A stretch of DNA of 64,000 nt from contig NW_002060949.1 in the NCBI RefSeq assembly GCF_000150275.1, positions 4,682,753-4,746,752 on the forward strand. The letters run 5' to 3'. Both the position numbers and the translations under genes were made by a program. The stretch is from Trichoplax adhaerens (taxonomy: Eukaryota > Animalia > Placozoa). How positions within the stretch are numbered: the first letter of the stretch is position 1; the number at the start of each line of letters is the position of its first letter. The notes below the pieces were generated by a model. The model did no database searches and was not told the origin of the DNA. It saw only the letters and a program-made list of their open reading frames with translations. This document shows, in pieces, positions 59,300 to 64,000 of this stretch.

Positions 59300-62200
59300 A
59301 TGTTTGGCTCACAATCACGTTCAACGAAAACCGATGTTGTCGATAAGGCTAGAGCCGCTAGAGCCGAAAGAGCTTTGGCCAAAAATCATTCAACTATTGT
59401 AACACAAATTCAGGTAAATTAACCTATTATTGGATAGTAAGTTGATAAATAATTTCAAGCCATGTCTAGTCATGGTTTAACTACACCTGAAAAACTACCG
59501 GCATGATCGTGTAAATTAGTATTTTGACAATTCAGTCGTCTACTTCTATCATGTATTCATACAATATACGGTATACTGTAGATGATGTCATTGAATTAGT
59601 GGTAAACAAGTGAATTTCAAGAGTTACTGTCAATCTGGCCATATCGATCGCCATGACTGATATCATCACATAAAATTGCTGCTTATTAAACAATTCATTC
59701 ATCGATGCACCTAAAAATACTGATCTGATTGCATAAAGTAGCATTCAGATAATTCAATCGTCTGTTTTTATCATGTATTCATACGGTATACGCGTAGATG
59801 ATATCATTTGATTAGTGGTAAACAAGTAAATTTCAATCTCAGGCTATACCAAACGCTATGACTGATATCATCACATAAAATTACTGCTTAGACAATTCCT
59901 TCATCTACACACTCATATCCTGTATTGTCACGGTATTTAATTATTTAAACTGAAAACAGTTCTTAGTCACCATTCTAGACAAATAGACCATTTCAAGCGA
60001 ACGACATTTTAGAAAATTTTATTTACAGCATATGTGAGGCAGTACTTCACTGTTGGCGAAATTGATTCTACCAATAATTATCAAATACTAGTAAATTGCA
60101 TTATTATTACACCTTCTGATTTTAGTACCAACAGTAAATATCTTAACTATATCACAGGATGATCTCAATACTGCAGTATTTCATTACAGTAGTGGGGAGA
60201 TTAATCCTACCTATAATTATCTTACATTACATTATTTTTTTGTATGTTTTCGTTACAGATTGTAAACAATTTAGTTACATCACCGAATGATGTCAATACT
60301 CACAGTGTTTACCGCAAGGTTGTATTCTGATAAAAAAAACGTCACAACTAGATTGTAACTTTCGTTTTCTACCATATTAGAGTCTTTGTCGTCGATACAT
60401 CTATGTGACGAATCTACGCAAAGAAGTCAGGTAAGGTCAATATATATCACAAAATTCTTTCAAAAATGGCAATTCTAGCTAGTTGGTATTAAAGTTGATA
60501 TTATTAATTTTGGTAATTTGATGCCAATCATTACTACATGATAGGCTAGAAAATAATCTATGCTACTGTATGTTTATCTATACGTATGGAAAGTATTTGT
60601 ATGGGCTATCCACACTGGCAGTAACATACTGTAAGCATGCGTTCGTATAGAAAATACATTACCAGTTTACTTGATAGCTGTTGAGTTCTTGTATGTTAAC
60701 TATCATAAATTGGTTTCAATCTATCCTTGGCAATTCTTTAGTGGCACATTTATCTTACATGCGATTAGAGTTTCATCCAGATTATTCGCAAAATTGGGTA
60801 TCTGTAGTAAAGAACTTAATTCATTAATTAAAAATTTTATACGTTACGTATGTACCTATGTGCGTGATTTATACAAATTTAAGTGGAGATTATAGGTTTC
60901 GCCAGTAAATTAGTTTATGGCTCTCTTGCTGTTTGAAGGGTCACAGGAAACTGCATTTAACAGTTATATCGTATGAATGTTATCATACTGCATAGTCAGT
61001 ATTCTTGTCAGTACTAAAGTACAGTACCACTATTAACTGCACTCATAATTTGCTAAAATCACCGGCTATACTTATAGAAATGCGTAATTTGTTACGTATA
61101 GATCCTCAATTGATGAATTTATTCAGAAAGAGACACAACCAACAGGTATAAATATAAATGGATTTAAATGAATTAATAGCAAAACATCATTGTCGCTATG
61201 CTAAATATACAGTATGCAGATAAAGTTATGGTAGTTTTAGTCATTTATTTGTACAAATCTGTATCAACTACAGTTTATTAAATGTATCGACATTTGCTTA
61301 ATGTAGTTTACAGTGTTAAAACGCTAACAATATTTTGTGAAATTCATGAATTAGCTATAGAAATTTTTAATAAAATGCGATGGCTGCTGTTCATTTTTCA
61401 AGATGATGTCGATAGTAAGGTATGGCTTAGCGTTAATATTAAATTAGATCAACTCAAGATTAAAAACTAATGCACTATCAAATATCATAGTGTCATAATT
61501 ATAATACAATGATAGTAAATATTAAAAAATATTTTATTCTAATGCGGTGTCATAATTTGTAAATACATGTAAGAAAATGGAATTGCGCAATATTATCGTC
61601 GCCTTTGTCTCTTATGAAAGTTCCCTTAACTAGTTATTAAATTGATAGCATCTGACTTCTTACTGCTATAGAGATTGGAAATGTTGTGTCACCGAATTCT
61701 ATCCAATATGACAGTAAGCGATTCTCCAAAATTATGGTACGTCACCTTAGCAATATCTAATCAGTACCTACCGTTGTGGCTTTATCAAGCTAAGAAGTTA
61801 CTTCAAGTATGTAGTGAGCAACTAGCTAATATGAAGGTAAGTCGCAGATACTTTGATTCACTAGTCGTGGCTTGCGATATTTGCACAATGTACTCATAAG
61901 TATTAAATTATTTATAAATTTACTTACATTCACAAAACAGATAAATAAAAAGAATGAATTAGAGGCTATGCAGTTATACCTCACTGTGGTAAGGTTATCC
62001 ATATTTAGGCTATTAGACTTCTAAATTAGAATTTAAAAACTACAATCTCTTTGGTCACTAATCTTTGTATTTCCATGGTCTATTTAATCTTTTTCTAAGC
62101 TTGTCACATTCAGTAGTACTAAGAGCTGGAAGTTGATGAGCTCAAAGGGTTAGTTTATTGAAATATTCTGTAATGGATTTATCATTTATTAGATAACTAT

Positions 62201-64000
62201 AAAATAAAACTAAATATGAAAATTTTTAGTCCAAAATTCTTTGGCTTACGTAGAAGTTTCGTCGAAATTACTAAAATTATAATATGATGCAAACTTGTTT
62301 TTAGCTTTAGCAAATAAGAATTTTCGTCCAATTCTCGATCAGATATGTAAGCAAGTCCTGCTTCACCTCGTTAACAATAATTTCTTTGCAAACATGAAGG
62401 TATAGGATATACATCATCAACAATAATAATTACTATACTAATCTAACTTTATTGTACATTTCAATAAAATAATATTTATGTAACTTTAATCTCGACTTGG
62501 CGTAATGTGTTAGAACTTCTTGTGGAATTGTACAAGGAGTGGAGAATTAAAGCTATCGAAAGTCACTCTCTCGGGTGTTATAGTTCTAATACAAAGGTTA
62601 CAATTACTTTTAATATTTTTCCTGGCTGATATAAGCGAAAAAGAACTTTTAAACCTGTAATTATTCATCACTATTAGTTTTAACTTTTTAATTTTCTATT
62701 TTAGAACTTTCAGTGCAAGCTCAAATAACTTAAAATTACTTAAGCAGTTTATGGAATCAATTATGGCTTTTCCTGCATTATTATATCATGTTAAGAAGTT
62801 ATCCCCCGAGGCAAGCTTAGTTTGAAATAACTAAAAGTTATCACAGTATGATAAAATTGATTTGTTTAAATTATCACTGTTGCCTAATCGACGATTTCCT
62901 CTTTGTGTAAAGTCCTTAGCTGAATTCCGTCAAAGTCACGTTTTGGAAGTTGTGCTGGAAACCTATGCAGACGGAAGTAATCTATCTAATTTAACCACAA
63001 AACTTGGCGGATACTATACCTTTTCTTTATTAGGTAATATTTAACTTAATTAATAATAACGACACCGGCCATTTGCTGTTATTATGCAAATGGCCGGTAT
63101 CAATGTTATTTTAGCAATTAGCTTAATTCATGCTAAACATAAATCATCCTATTTAAGTTGGTAACTACTAAAAATCGATTATGATAACCTCTTTTTATTT
63201 TGGCACTTTTATAGGCAACCTGATACAACTGTCTCATTATGCTGATAAAGTCAGTAATTTAGAAAATAACGTTCGCAGAAATAAAGTCGGCTCTAATTTT
63301 CTTTTGATTAGTATAACATTACTCCTGTAAACTCATTCTAACTTATATCTTTTACGAAATAGCCTTGGATTAATAAACTATCTATTTTCAAGGTAAGAAT
63401 ATAAAACAAATTAATGCCTACACCAGTCTGCCTACTCTATACTTTAGTCAAGATAGTAGTTATCAGTGATAGTTTATCGTCCGTGAGAATATTCTTAAAT
63501 ACTCAATTATAATCTTTAACACATTAGAGCATCATTATGTACCTGCTGAATTATTGTCATGACCAAAACTCGGTTAAAAATTCAAATGCTACTGTTCATC
63601 ATCCCCTTTTTGGTTGGTGTTCGGAGGCTTTAGCAACAGAGTAAGGTTACAAGTTACTGGTGGTAATGGATTCAGTTATTTCAGTACACTTCAATAGAAA
63701 TAAATGTGTCTTTGTATTACTGAGACCCTCAAATACCTTAGATTGTAAAATATCTGCTAGTATTTATAACTTCAATCTTCCATTGCTTAGTTTGCAGGAT
63801 TCAGTCCCATTAATTGGCAAGCAATTTCAGTACCTCTGGATGCCTAGTGCTGTTCAATTATTTTTTACAGACATTTTCGAAAAAAGTGATGAAACACCTA
63901 ATGAAGCAGCTGCATCGGTAAAGACCGGAGACAGCGTTAAGAAAAAGAAAGGTATAAAGAATAAGTTCACTAAACTTTTAACCATGTCCTCTAAGAGCCA
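59300..64000 (+). CDS. UBE3B: HECT E3 ubiquitin ligase UBE3B, N-terminal part (runs off the window)
   Basis: MFGSQSRSTKTDVVDKARAARAERA.., IQ motif IQSLCRRY, RLEMLCHRILSNM..PKLWYVTLA, IMAFPALLYHV and HHPLFGWCS are collinear with recalled human UBE3B. Confidence 0.92.
59536..59890. repeat. Two diverged copies of a ~130-150-bp segment in UBE3B intron 1
   Basis: TATCATGTATTCATAC..GTAGATGAT.TCATT..ATTAGTGGTAAACAAGT.AATTTCAA..ATGACTGATATCATCACATAAAATT.CTGCTTA occurs at about 59540 and 59760. Confidence 0.9.
63061..63101. repeat. Perfect 13-bp inverted repeat (hairpin) in a UBE3B intron
   Basis: ACCGGCCATTTGC (63064-63076) pairs with GCAAATGGCCGGT (63086-63098) around a 9-nt loop. Confidence 0.9.

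Overview
AT-rich, intron-dense eukaryotic DNA from a compact animal genome. Short GT-AG introns and close human orthologues suggest an early-branching metazoan, probably a placozoan such as Trichoplax; this is an inference. I spliced the genes by hand. In order they are: the 3' end of a C-terminal RING E3 gene (+), a gene-poor 9 kb with degenerate tandem arrays, intronless ANKUB1 (+), TRIM37 (-), CDC45 (+), ADO (-), USP32 (-), VMP1 (+), RMND1 (+) and the 5' part of UBE3B (+). Main points of interest: (1) VMP1 appears to be spliced in frame to an N-terminal SAP nucleic-acid-binding motif. (2) TACAGT/ACTGTA 'islands' mark the 5' ends of the housekeeping-type genes, including two head-to-head pairs, but not ANKUB1. 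(3) TRIM37, USP32 and VMP1 are linked here as they are on human 17q22-23. (4) CDC45 has a U12-like intron. (5) RMND1 appears to lack an exon. (6) UBE3B has a GC-AG intron and a perfect intronic hairpin. Gene identities come from recalled protein sequences, not from database searches.
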